Assembly (NCBI GenBank): GCA_019313245.1
Contig: JAFDBP010000056.1
Span: forward strand, 1 to 63,461
Origin: Deltaproteobacteria bacterium
GTDB taxonomy: Bacteria; Myxococcota_A; UBA9160; SMWR01
DNA length: 63,461 bases
Direction of reading: 5' to 3'
The position numbers and the translations under genes were made by a program. The notes beneath the pieces are model-generated. The model had not been told where the DNA came from. It saw nothing but the letters and a program-made list of their open reading frames with translations, and made no database searches. This document shows, piece by piece, positions 17,884 to 26,322 of this stretch (positions are counted from its first letter, which is position 1; each line of letters starts with the position of its first letter).

Positions 17884-19503
17884 ATGCCTGCGAATGAATA
17901 CGATGTGATCGTAATTGGCGGCGGACACAACGGGCTCGTCTCCGGCGCCTATTTCGCCCGCGACGGCGCGCGCACGGTCGTGCTCGAATCCCGCGGCCGC
18001 GTGGGAGGCGCCGCCGATACCAGCGCGCCCTTCGCCGATCACCCGGAGATCCGGGTATCGACCTACTCGTACGTGATGGCCGTGATGCCGCCGAGCATCA
18101 TTCGCGATCTCGAGCTCGAGCGGCACGGCTATCGGATCGCGCCGGTGTGGGGTGTCACCCATCCGCTTCCCGACGGCCGCACGATCCAACTCTTCAACGA
18201 CGATCCGAAGCGCACCCACGAATCGATCGCCCAGTTTTCGAAGCGCGATGCGGAAGCCTATCCGCAGTGGGACCGCTGGATCGCTGAGGTCGCCGCGGTC
18301 GTCGGCCCCCTGCTGCTGCGGGTTCCCCCGCGCGTCGGCTCGCTCGCGTTCGGCGACCTGCTCGACCAGGCGCAAATCGCGTGGAAGTTCCGCAAACTCG
18401 GAGAGCGCGGCGTCGCGGATCTGACCCGGCTTTTCACCATGAGCGTCACGGACCTGCTCGACGAGTGGTTCGAATCCGAAGAGGTCAAGGGCACGCTCGC
18501 AGCGGGCGCCGTGATCGGGTCGTGGTCGGGGCCCGACGCACCCGGCACCGCCTACGCGCTGCTCCACCACAACATCGCAGACGTGGGTGACGGCGCGATG
18601 AATGCATGGGGTTATCCGCACGGCGGCATGGGGGCGGTATCCCAATCGATCCGGCGCTCTGCGGAGAGCGCGGGGTGCGAGGTTCGAACCGGCACGCGCG
18701 TCGCGAAGATTCTCACCGGGGGTGGGTGCGCGCGGGGCGTCGTCCTGGAGAATGGTGACGAATTGCGCGCCCCCGTCGTGGTGACGAGTCTCCATCCGAA
18801 GCTGTCATTCCTGGAGCTACTCGAGCGCAAGGAGCTTCCGGACGATTTCGCGCGCACCATCGAACACTGGAAGACGCGCTCGGGAACCGTGAAGATCAAC
18901 GTCGCGCTCTCCGAATTGCCGGACTTTCGCTTCTCTCCCGGCACGCATCTGCAAGAGCACCACACCGGCTCGCTCAACCTCAGCCCCACGCCCGCCTACC
19001 TGGAGCGCGCCTTCCAGGACGCCCACGTGGACCACAAGGGAGCCACCGCCCCGTTCGTGGAGGGCACGATTCCCACTTCGCTCGACCCCAACCTCGCGCC
19101 CGAGGGAATCCACGTCTTCTCGATGTTCACACAGTGGGTGCCCCACGAGTGGAGCCGGGCGCCGCATCGCGAGGAACTCGACGCCTATGCGGACCGCATC
19201 TTCGACATCTACGCGGAATTCGCGCCGAACTTCAAGCGCGCGGTGATCGACCGGCAGGTTCTGGGACCCTACGAGATGGAGCGGGATCTGGGCATGCTCG
19301 GAGGCAACATCTTTCACGGCGAGCTCTCACTCGACCAACTCTTTCACATGCGCCCCGCGCCCGGATACTCGGATTATCGAACGCCGATCCGTGGGCTCTA
19401 CAACGCATCGAGCGCCACGCACGCGGGCGGCGGCGTCAACGGCATTCCCGGCCTGCAGGTCTATCGACAGGCAAAACGCGACAAGGCGATCGGCAAGCGC
19501 TGA
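17884..19503 (+). CDS. phytoene desaturase (CrtI)-family NAD(P)/FAD-dependent oxidoreductase
   Basis: N-terminal dinucleotide fold YDVIVIGGGHNGLVSGAYFARDG...VLESRGRVGGA. C-terminal GLYNASSATHAGGGVNGIPG is typical of the amine-oxidase/CrtI family. SD GAGGGA precedes the ATG. Confidence 0.85.
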   Translation: MPANEYDVIVIGGGHNGLVSGAYFARDGARTVVLESRGRVGGAADTSAPFADHPEIRVSTYSYVMAVMPPSIIRDLELERHGYRIAPVWGVTHPLPDGRTIQLFNDDPKRTHESIAQFSKRDAEAYPQWDRWIAEVAAVVGPLLLRVPPRVGSLAFGDLLDQAQIAWKFRKLGERGVADLTRLFTMSVTDLLDEWFESEEVKGTLAAGAVIGSWSGPDAPGTAYALLHHNIADVGDGAMNAWGYPHGGMGAVSQSIRRSAESAGCEVRTGTRVAKILTGGGCARGVVLENGDELRAPVVVTSLHPKLSFLELLERKELPDDFARTIEHWKTRSGTVKINVALSELPDFRFSPGTHLQEHHTGSLNLSPTPAYLERAFQDAHVDHKGATAPFVEGTIPTSLDPNLAPEGIHVFSMFTQWVPHEWSRAPHREELDAYADRIFDIYAEFAPNFKRAVIDRQVLGPYEMERDLGMLGGNIFHGELSLDQLFHMRPAPGYSDYRTPIRGLYNASSATHAGGGVNGIPGLQVYRQAKRDKAIGKR

Positions 19504-19555
19504 TCTCGCGAGTCGGCCGACCTGGAGCAGCCCACTCGCGGCGTGCGGATCCGAA

Positions 19556-20338
19556 CTAGCGCCCGCGCCAGACGGGAGTTCGCTTCTCGTTGAAAGCTCT
19601 CGCCCCCTCGAGGGCGTCTTCGGATTTGAGCATCCGCGGGTAGTAGTCGAGCTTTCCGCTGCGAAGCAACTCGAAGGCCGCCTGCTCGCTCAACACCGCG
19701 GTCGAGTCGACGACCTCCTTGGTGGCCGCGACCGCGAGCGGCGCCTTGGAGGCGAGTTCGTCGGCGAGCGCATTCGCCTCGGCGAGCAGGTCGCTCTTGG
19801 CGACGACGCGATTGACGAGCCCCCAGCGATGAGCCTCAGTGGCCGGCATGCGGCGCCCGGTCAGCAGCATCTCGATCGCCACGTGATACGGGATCCTGCG
19901 CGGCAGGCGAATCGCACCGCCGGCGTCGGCCACGATCCCGATGTTGACCTCGGGCAGCAGAAACTCGGCGTGCCCCGCGGCCAACACCAGATCGCACGAC
20001 AGCGCGAGTTCGAAACCGCCGCCCGCCGCGATCCCGTTGACGGCGGCGATCACGGGTTTCCGCAGACCGAACAACTCGGTGAGCCCGGCGAAACCGCCCG
20101 GCCCATTGTCCACCTCGACGGACTCCTCCTCGGCGGTGTTCAGATCCCAGCCCGCCGAAAAGAAGCGATCGCCGGCTGCCGTCACGATCGCCGCGCGCAA
20201 TTCGGGATCGTCTCGATACGCGATGAACGCGGCCCCGAGCGCCCGACTCGTCGCACCGTCGATCGCGTTTGCCTTGGGGCGATCGATCGTGATCGTCATG
20301 ACCGCGCCTCGCCGTTCGATCTGGATTTCTTCGCTCAT
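19556..20338 (-). CDS. enoyl-CoA hydratase/isomerase (crotonase) family protein
   Basis: 260 aa. Oxyanion-hole region FFSAGWDL and AAVNGIAAGGGFELALSCDLVLA, plus the C-terminal EGARAFNEKRTPVWRGR. Confidence 0.9.
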   Translation of the reverse strand: MSEEIQIERRGAVMTITIDRPKANAIDGATSRALGAAFIAYRDDPELRAAIVTAAGDRFFSAGWDLNTAEEESVEVDNGPGGFAGLTELFGLRKPVIAAVNGIAAGGGFELALSCDLVLAAGHAEFLLPEVNIGIVADAGGAIRLPRRIPYHVAIEMLLTGRRMPATEAHRWGLVNRVVAKSDLLAEANALADELASKAPLAVAATKEVVDSTAVLSEQAAFELLRSGKLDYYPRMLKSEDALEGARAFNEKRTPVWRGR

Positions 20339-20357
20339 TGATCTGGCCTCCGTGAAC

Positions 20358-21137
20358 TCACCAGGTTCCGCCCATGTGCTCGCCCCCGTCCACGTCGAGC
20401 GTAGAACCCGTGGTGTACGCAGCTGCGGGCGAGACGAGAAAAGTCACCGCGAGTGCCATCTCTCTCGCGGTCCCCTCGCGCATGATCGGCAATTTCTCGA
20501 TCGCGGCATCCAGCGCCGCGCGGTCGTACTGCTCGAGGCCGGGCGTGTCGATCGTTCCGCCCGCAACCGTGTTGATGCGGATGCCGGCGCGCCCCCACTC
20601 GCGAGCCAGCGTCTTGGTCAGATTCATCACTCCCGCGCGGGCGGCGGCGGCATGCGCATAGCCGGGCGACCCGTTGTTCACCACGATCGCGATGTTCACG
20701 ATGTCTCCGGGTTTACCGGCCTCGAGCAGGCGGCGGCCAAACGCCGAAGTCATGTGCCAGGTGCCGTTCAGATTCAAATCCACCACCGCGCGAAAACCGT
20801 TGGCCGAAATCTCCACGGCCGGCGCTTCGAACTGACCTCCCGCGTTGTTCACGAGGATGTCGGGCAGTCCGTGTCGGTCGACGACGGCTTCAAAAAGCGC
20901 GTCCACCTCGTTTTCGTCGCGGATGTTGACGGCGTGGGCGTGGGCCTCGATGCCCTCCGCGCTCAATGCCGCGGCCGCCTTCTCGAGCCTCTCGAAATCC
21001 CGCGCCGCGATCACGATCCGGGCGCCGAGGCTGCCGAGCTCCCGGGCGGTCGCAAAACCGATTCCGGTTCCACCTCCGGTGATGAGAGCGAGCTTTCCCT
21101 GGAGGAGGTTCGGCGCAAAAACGGGCGTGTCGGTCAA
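20358..21137 (-). CDS. short-chain dehydrogenase/reductase (SDR)
   Basis: TGGGTGIG cofactor motif, NNAG, and catalytic-region YAHAAAARAG (Y-x3-A rather than the classical Y-x3-K, by my reading). No ATG near the N-terminus. TTG at 21137 preceded by GGGGG gives MTDTPVFAPNLLQGKLALITGGG. The rest of track ORF 20358..21551 looks non-coding. Confidence 0.8.
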   Translation of the reverse strand: MTDTPVFAPNLLQGKLALITGGGTGIGFATARELGSLGARIVIAARDFERLEKAAAALSAEGIEAHAHAVNIRDENEVDALFEAVVDRHGLPDILVNNAGGQFEAPAVEISANGFRAVVDLNLNGTWHMTSAFGRRLLEAGKPGDIVNIAIVVNNGSPGYAHAAAARAGVMNLTKTLAREWGRAGIRINTVAGGTIDTPGLEQYDRAALDAAIEKLPIMREGTAREMALAVTFLVSPAAAYTTGSTLDVDGGEHMGGTW

Positions 21138-21218
21138 GGATTGGCCCCCAATCAGAAGGTGAAGATGGCCGCCTACTGTATCATCGCCCGCCGCTTTTGA
21201 AAGGGAGAGAAGGCACGC

Positions 21219-22640
21219 ATGGGAACTCGCGCGAACATCGAACGCCTGCTGAAACCGCAGAAGATCGTCTTCATCGGCGGTCGCGATCTCGCGATCCCGA
21301 TCAAAGCCTCCCGCACGATCGGTTACGACGGTGAGATCTGGGTCGTCAACCCCAAGTATCCCGAGATCGGAGGCGTTCCCACGGTCGCTTCGATCGCGGA
21401 TCTGCCATCGATCCCGGACGCCGCATATCTGGCGGTCCGCGCGGAGTTGACCGTCGAACTGATCGCAGAGCTTCGAGCGTCGGGTTGCGCGGGCGCGGTC
21501 TGCTTTGCAGCGGGCTTCGCGGAGTCGGGCCGGACTGACCTTCAGGACCAATTACGCGAGGCCGCGGGCGAGATGGCCGTCGTCGGCCCCAATTGTTACG
21601 GCGTGCTCAACTACCTCGACCGCAGCGCGCTCTGGGCCGACTTCCACGGCGGCAGACCCGTCGACCGGGGCGCGGCGATCATCAGCCAGAGCGGAAACCT
21701 GAGCTTGATCCTCACCATGGCCGATCGCGCGCTGCCGCTCTCGCACCTGATCGCCAACGGCAACCAGGCGGTGCTCGAGGCGAGCGACTTCATCGACGTG
21801 TTGGTCGACGATCCGCGCGTGTCCGCCATCGGACTCTACATCGAAGGGCTGCGCGACGTCCCGAAGTTCTGGCACGCCGCGGTGCGAGCGCTGCGGGTCG
21901 GCAAACCGATCATCGCCCTCAAGAGCGGCTCTTCCGAGATCGGCAGCCAGATGACGTTGCACCACACGGGCTCGGTCGCGGGCGTCGACTCTTTCTACCA
22001 GGCGATGTTCGATCGCCTGGGTGTCGTGCGCGTTCGCTCCATCCCCGAAATGCTCGAGAGTCTGAAGATGTTCTGCACTTCGGGACCATTGCCCGGCAAT
22101 CGACTCGGCGTGTTGACGTGCTCGGGCGCAGATTCCGCGATGGCTGCGGATTGCGCGTCGGAACTCGGCTTCGAACTTCCGCCGCTCTCTTCGGTCCAGC
22201 AGGCGAATTTCCAGCAATACATCGCGGACTTCGTCAACCTCACGAACCCGTTCGACTTCAACACCCAGATCTGGGGAAAGCCCGAACTCGAGGTTCGCTG
22301 TTTCGAAGACATGTTGCGCGACGAGCAGTACGACGCGGTCGCACTGATTCACGACTTTCCAGCGCCCCAGTACAGCGACCTCTCCGGCTGGGAGAGCATC
22401 GCCAATTCGTTCGTCGCGGCCCGCAGTGAGATCGGCAAGCCCTGCGTCATGATCAGCAACTTCGGCAAGTCGGTTCCCGAGAAGATGGCCGAGCGGCTGG
22501 TCGAAAACGGCGTCACGCCCCTCGGAAGCATTCGGGACGGATTGGCCGCAGTGCGGCATGCGGCGCAGTACGGAATGCAGCGGGATCGGCTCCTCGCAGC
22601 GGACGATCTGGAGGAACCGATGGAGACGGGCGCAAACTGA
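21219..22640 (+). CDS. ADP-forming acyl-CoA synthetase family, alpha-type subunit (CoA-binding plus succinyl-CoA-ligase-like flavodoxin domains)
   Basis: KIVFIGG...VNPKYPEIGGVP...AVCFAAGFAE...VVGPNCYGVLN...IISQSGN, plus a phosphohistidine-loop-like LHHTGSVAG. No ATP-grasp part is present in this ORF or next to it. Confidence 0.8.
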   Translation: MGTRANIERLLKPQKIVFIGGRDLAIPIKASRTIGYDGEIWVVNPKYPEIGGVPTVASIADLPSIPDAAYLAVRAELTVELIAELRASGCAGAVCFAAGFAESGRTDLQDQLREAAGEMAVVGPNCYGVLNYLDRSALWADFHGGRPVDRGAAIISQSGNLSLILTMADRALPLSHLIANGNQAVLEASDFIDVLVDDPRVSAIGLYIEGLRDVPKFWHAAVRALRVGKPIIALKSGSSEIGSQMTLHHTGSVAGVDSFYQAMFDRLGVVRVRSIPEMLESLKMFCTSGPLPGNRLGVLTCSGADSAMAADCASELGFELPPLSSVQQANFQQYIADFVNLTNPFDFNTQIWGKPELEVRCFEDMLRDEQYDAVALIHDFPAPQYSDLSGWESIANSFVAARSEIGKPCVMISNFGKSVPEKMAERLVENGVTPLGSIRDGLAAVRHAAQYGMQRDRLLAADDLEEPMETGAN

Positions 22641-22726
22641 ATTGGAGACGCCGCGAGGGGCGAGCAGCGTGGCGAACCGCCCTTCCCCGCTAGCTGGAGA
22701 AGTCTTCGACGTCTCTTTGCGTCGTC

Positions 22727-22747
22727 GCCAGACCCTTTGGGTCTGGC
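22727..22747. terminator. GC-rich hairpin GCCAGACCC-TTT-GGGTCTGGC between convergent genes
   Basis: Perfect 9-bp stem with a 3-nt loop, 3 nt after the minus-strand CoA-transferase stop and 87 nt after the plus-strand gene. No U-tract on either side, so intrinsic-terminator function is uncertain. Confidence 0.45.
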
Positions 22748-22749
22748 TC

Positions 22750-24057
22750 CTAGGCGTTGATCCGCGCCCACGCCTCCCGAAGCTCGTCGCGAAACTCGGG
22801 GTGCGCGATCGCGATCAGCGCCTCCGCTCGCTCCTCCTCGCTTCGCTGGGCGAGTTCGGCAGCCCCGAACTCCGTGACCACGACATCGACCTCGTGCCGC
22901 GGCGTCGTAATACACGCGCCGGGTTCGAGCTGCGCCGAGATCCGCGAGCGCCGCCTGCCATCGATTTCAACCGTCGAGGGCAGGCAAATCAGCGAGTGAC
23001 CAGCGGCCGAGAACGCGGCCCCCGATACGAAGTCCAGATGCCCACCGATGCCGGAATACTGGTGGGCGCCGATGCGATCCGCCGCGATCTGACCGAAGAG
23101 ATCCAGAGCCAACGCGCCGTTGATCGAAACGAACTGCCGATTCTGCGCGATGATCGCGGGGGCATTCACGCGATCGACGGGAAGGAAGCGCACCTCCTCT
23201 CGGCCATCGAGCCAATCGTAGAGTTCCCGCGTGCCGGCTGCGAACGTCGCGATCGAGTAACCGTCGTAGATCCCCTTGTGGTTCGTGACCTTCCCCGCCT
23301 GGTGCAGGCGCATGAGCCCCGTCGTGAACATTTCCGTGTGGATGCCGTAGTCGGAGCCGGAGCGTTCGACCAGGAGGTCGGCGAGTTCGCCGGGCACGCC
23401 GCCGATACCGACCTGGATCGTCGAGCCGCTCGCGATATAGGGCAGCGCGTACCCGGCGATCTTGCGATCGATCGGGGTGCTCGGCGGGTCGGGCAGAACG
23501 AGCGGGGCGCGATCGCTCTCGACGATGACGTCCGCCTCTTCGACAGAGATGGCGTGCGGAAATTCGGGCGGGATGCCGAAGGTTCGCGGCAGCGCCGGAT
23601 TCACTTCGACGACGAGCAGCCGCTCGGGATCGCGGCCCGCGCGATGCAATTCGTCCACCGAGGCTCCCGCGTGAAGCGACAGGCTCATCTGCCCCGCGGC
23701 ATCCGGCGGCGCCGCGGCGGTCGCCACGATCCGGGGGCTCAGCGAAGCCGCGACTGCGCTGAATCGGCGAAAATCGGCGGGCACGAATCGCACGTCGTGA
23801 CCCGCCGCGCGGAGCCCGCGCTCCACGGGCCCGAAGAATCCGCTGCGCAGCTGAACACCGCTCCGGGTAAAGAGGCGAAAGAGATCGCTCAGGAGCGCGC
23901 TGAATACGACCAGCTCTTCGAAGTCTTCCCGCTCACCGAGCGCGTGGAGCAGGGCCGTCGGCTGCCCCGTGGCCAACGGCAGACCCAGCGTGTCCCGCGC
24001 CTCGACGAGGGCGGCCGCGTCGGCCAGCGAACGCAATTTTGTCTTCCAGCTCTTCAT
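22750..24057 (-). CDS. acetyl-CoA hydrolase/transferase family protein (4-hydroxybutyrate CoA-transferase-like)
   Basis: 435 aa. N-terminal LPLATGQPTALLHAL, central EVNPALPRTFG, and C-terminal SGIGGHLDFVSGA...VVTEFGAAEL, typical of the family. Confidence 0.88.
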   Translation of the reverse strand: MKSWKTKLRSLADAAALVEARDTLGLPLATGQPTALLHALGEREDFEELVVFSALLSDLFRLFTRSGVQLRSGFFGPVERGLRAAGHDVRFVPADFRRFSAVAASLSPRIVATAAAPPDAAGQMSLSLHAGASVDELHRAGRDPERLLVVEVNPALPRTFGIPPEFPHAISVEEADVIVESDRAPLVLPDPPSTPIDRKIAGYALPYIASGSTIQVGIGGVPGELADLLVERSGSDYGIHTEMFTTGLMRLHQAGKVTNHKGIYDGYSIATFAAGTRELYDWLDGREEVRFLPVDRVNAPAIIAQNRQFVSINGALALDLFGQIAADRIGAHQYSGIGGHLDFVSGAAFSAAGHSLICLPSTVEIDGRRRSRISAQLEPGACITTPRHEVDVVVTEFGAAELAQRSEEERAEALIAIAHPEFRDELREAWARINA

Positions 24058-24303
24058 CTCGAAATCGCCGCTCTCTCAGCGTCCCCTGGCGACGCTAGAA
24101 CGAAATGCCCGGCCGATTCAAGAGCGCAGCTTGGGCACCCATTCGCGACAGGCGGCGGGAATTTGCGATCATGTCGGTTCTGGTGCGTCCAGAGGGCGCG
24201 AAATCGGTATTTTTTGCGGCCTCGGCCGAAAGAATCGAGATCGGCACTTGAACGAATCGCCGAGGCGTGGTGGGATAACAGCCCAAACCAGAGGAGTCCG
24301 AAC

Positions 24304-24702
24304 ATGCACGGTTGCAGGCCGGGTCAGACCTCGCGGCAGCAGAATCTTCGTCGCATCGCGACTTGTACGGCGCTGGTTGCAGCCCTTTTGGCACCATCCC
24401 TGAGTCAGGCGGTCGAGTACACGGCAGCTCGAAAAGCCGGGCGCGGACTGGCGGGGATGACGACCTGCTTCCTGGAGATTCCCGGCAACATGGTCGAACA
24501 GAGCCGGGAGCACGGCGCGGGTGCGGGCATACCGCTCGGCTTCGTTTTCGGGCTCGGAAAGATCGTCGTTCGGGCGCTCGTGGGCACCTACGAATTCGTC
24601 TCGTCGCCGTTCGAAGCGCCCGCCGGTTTCGTGCCGATCATCGAACCCGAATTTCCCTGGTCCTACTTCGATGAGGAGCCCGCGTCCTCGCGCGGCAAAT
24701 GA
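24304..24702 (+). CDS. exosortase system-associated small secreted protein (TIGR04073-like)
   Basis: ATG at 24304 with GGAG 7 nt upstream. Signal peptide CTALVAALLAPSLSQA. Family-type pattern RGLAGMTTCFLEIPGNMVEQ...GLGKIVVRALVGTYEFVSSPFEAP. Only the last 132 codons of track ORF 22558..24702 are used. Confidence 0.7.
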   Translation: MHGCRPGQTSRQQNLRRIATCTALVAALLAPSLSQAVEYTAARKAGRGLAGMTTCFLEIPGNMVEQSREHGAGAGIPLGFVFGLGKIVVRALVGTYEFVSSPFEAPAGFVPIIEPEFPWSYFDEEPASSRGK

Positions 24703-24794
24703 CCCCAATTGGATCGACGAATTTCCCGTGAATCGATCGAAGTCGCGGCAGCGATCGGCAACCCCCTGCACTTTTCGGGCCCGGAGGCATCCGC

Positions 24795-25649
24795 GTGACT
24801 TCGAGTAATCAAATCGCCATTCCGATCAATTCGATCTTCCACCCGACCGATTTGTCAGAGGCCAGCTTCGTCGCCTTCGCGCACGCGCTCAAGATCGCCC
24901 TGCTCGCCCAGTCGGAGCTGACCATCCTCCACGCCGCCAACAGCGGCGGCGACAAGGTCAGCTGGAAGGACTTCCCGGGCGTTCGGCAAACCCTCGAACG
25001 CTGGGGCGAATTGCCCGAGGGTAGCTCGGCGCGCGCGATCTCGAAACTCGGCATGACGGTGGAGAAGATCGCGGGCCACGGACCGAATCCGATCAAGACG
25101 GTCACCAGCTATCTGCAAGAGAACCCGGCGCAGCTCGTGGTGCTCTCGAGCGAGGGGCGCGAGGGGCTCCCGCGCTTTCTGAAGCCGTCTTTCGCGGAAC
25201 CGGTCGCGCGCAAGACGCGCGCCATGACGCTCTTCGTGCCGAGCCACAGCAGCGGGTTCGTCGATGGGGATACGGGCCGCGTCACGCTGGATCGGATCCT
25301 GATTCCGTTCAACCACAAGCCCCGCGTCCGGCCCGCGATCGACTTCGCGAGGGCACTTGTAGGCGCGCTGGACGACGATGGAGGCGTATTCGACCTGCTC
25401 CACGTCGGCGAGCGGGCCAAGGCGCCCGCAGTCGACATTCCGGACGAGGCGGGTTGGACGAGCGAGAAGCACTACGAGAGCGGCGATGTCGTCGACGCGA
25501 TCCTGCGCGTCGCCGAACAGAAAGGCGCCGAACTGATCGTCATGACCACCACCGGGCGCGACGGATTCATCGACCGGTTGCGGGGAACCATGACCGAGCA
25601 GGTCGTGCGCGCCGCGAACTGCCCGGTGCTCGCAATCCCGGAGGGATGA
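24795..25649 (+). CDS. universal stress protein family (tandem USP domains)
   Basis: GTG start with GGAGG 7 nt upstream. SIFHPTDLSEAS...LTILHA in domain 1. C-terminal GAELIVMTTTGRDGFIDRLRGTMTEQVVRAANCPVLAIP is the USP ATP-binding-type terminus. Confidence 0.85.
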   Translation: MTSSNQIAIPINSIFHPTDLSEASFVAFAHALKIALLAQSELTILHAANSGGDKVSWKDFPGVRQTLERWGELPEGSSARAISKLGMTVEKIAGHGPNPIKTVTSYLQENPAQLVVLSSEGREGLPRFLKPSFAEPVARKTRAMTLFVPSHSSGFVDGDTGRVTLDRILIPFNHKPRVRPAIDFARALVGALDDDGGVFDLLHVGERAKAPAVDIPDEAGWTSEKHYESGDVVDAILRVAEQKGAELIVMTTTGRDGFIDRLRGTMTEQVVRAANCPVLAIPEG

Positions 25650-25668
25650 GCAACCGGGCGAGGCGGCG

Positions 25669-26322
25669 TCAATCCGATGGCTGACCGTCGGAGCCCTCGC
25701 TAGCCGTGTCGATCTTCGGCAGGCTTTCGATTCGCGCTGCGATCGCATCGGCGAGCAGATCCAGGGCCTCGTTGTGGGCCGCGACGAGCGCATCCGGCCC
25801 ACCCCCAGCGATCGACCTGCGCATCGTGGATTGGCCGCTCCACGGTCCGCCCTCGCCGCTACCTGCGCGAATTACCCAGTTCGCGCGCAGCTCCAACGCT
25901 TCTCCGCCAATCCCCTCGAACGCGTGGAAATCCACGGCGATCCGATAGTCGAGCGGGAACGGGGCCTGCACGGGGTAGACGACCACGCGCTGTGTACCCA
26001 GCTTGGCGCCGAGATTCTCACCGAGAACGCTCAAGACATTGGACGAGAACCCTCCCGCCCAGCGACGGAAGTCGTTGACTTCGAGCCTCGAAGTCGATCC
26101 CGCCGACCGCGTCACCCACTGGGGCCGATCGAGGTAGCGCGGAACGCGGATCGGCCCCACGCCGATCGCGACGCCATCGGGGTCGCCTGCGATCGGAGAA
26201 TCGGTAACCGCGTTCATCGTGTAGAGGCTCACGTTCGGGCTGCTACCCAAACAGCTCAGCGCGAGGCTCGCGGCGGCGATCGCCGCCATCCTGCTGCTCG
26301 CCGCACGTCGGAGCAGTGTCAT
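25669..26322 (-). CDS. pqiC: PqiC/YmbA-like ABC-transport-auxiliary lipoprotein (DUF330)
   Basis: Lipobox LALSC. Blocks PRYLDRPQWVTR and RRWAGGFSSNVLSVLGENL. Stop-start overlap with pqiB (26319-26322). Confidence 0.8.
   Translation of the reverse strand: MTLLRRAASSRMAAIAAASLALSCLGSSPNVSLYTMNAVTDSPIAGDPDGVAIGVGPIRVPRYLDRPQWVTRSAGSTSRLEVNDFRRWAGGFSSNVLSVLGENLGAKLGTQRVVVYPVQAPFPLDYRIAVDFHAFEGIGGEALELRANWVIRAGSGEGGPWSGQSTMRRSIAGGGPDALVAAHNEALDLLADAIAARIESLPKIDTASEGSDGQPSD

Noticed and set aside
24132-24146. Sigma-54-like TGGGCA-N5-TTCGC upstream of the TIGR04073-like gene. Also TGGCAG-N5-GCGCA at 35493-35508 upstream of gabT, and TGGCAG...CTCGC at 17777-17792.
   Set aside because: GG/GC spacing is right for the first two, but the hexamers deviate at several conserved positions. 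The third has wrong spacing. These are too weak to report as features.
22558-24303. N-terminal 582 codons of track ORF 22558..24702 (+).
   Set aside because: This part is antisense to the well-supported CoA-transferase gene. Only the last 132 codons (from ATG 24304, with SD and signal peptide) look like a real gene.
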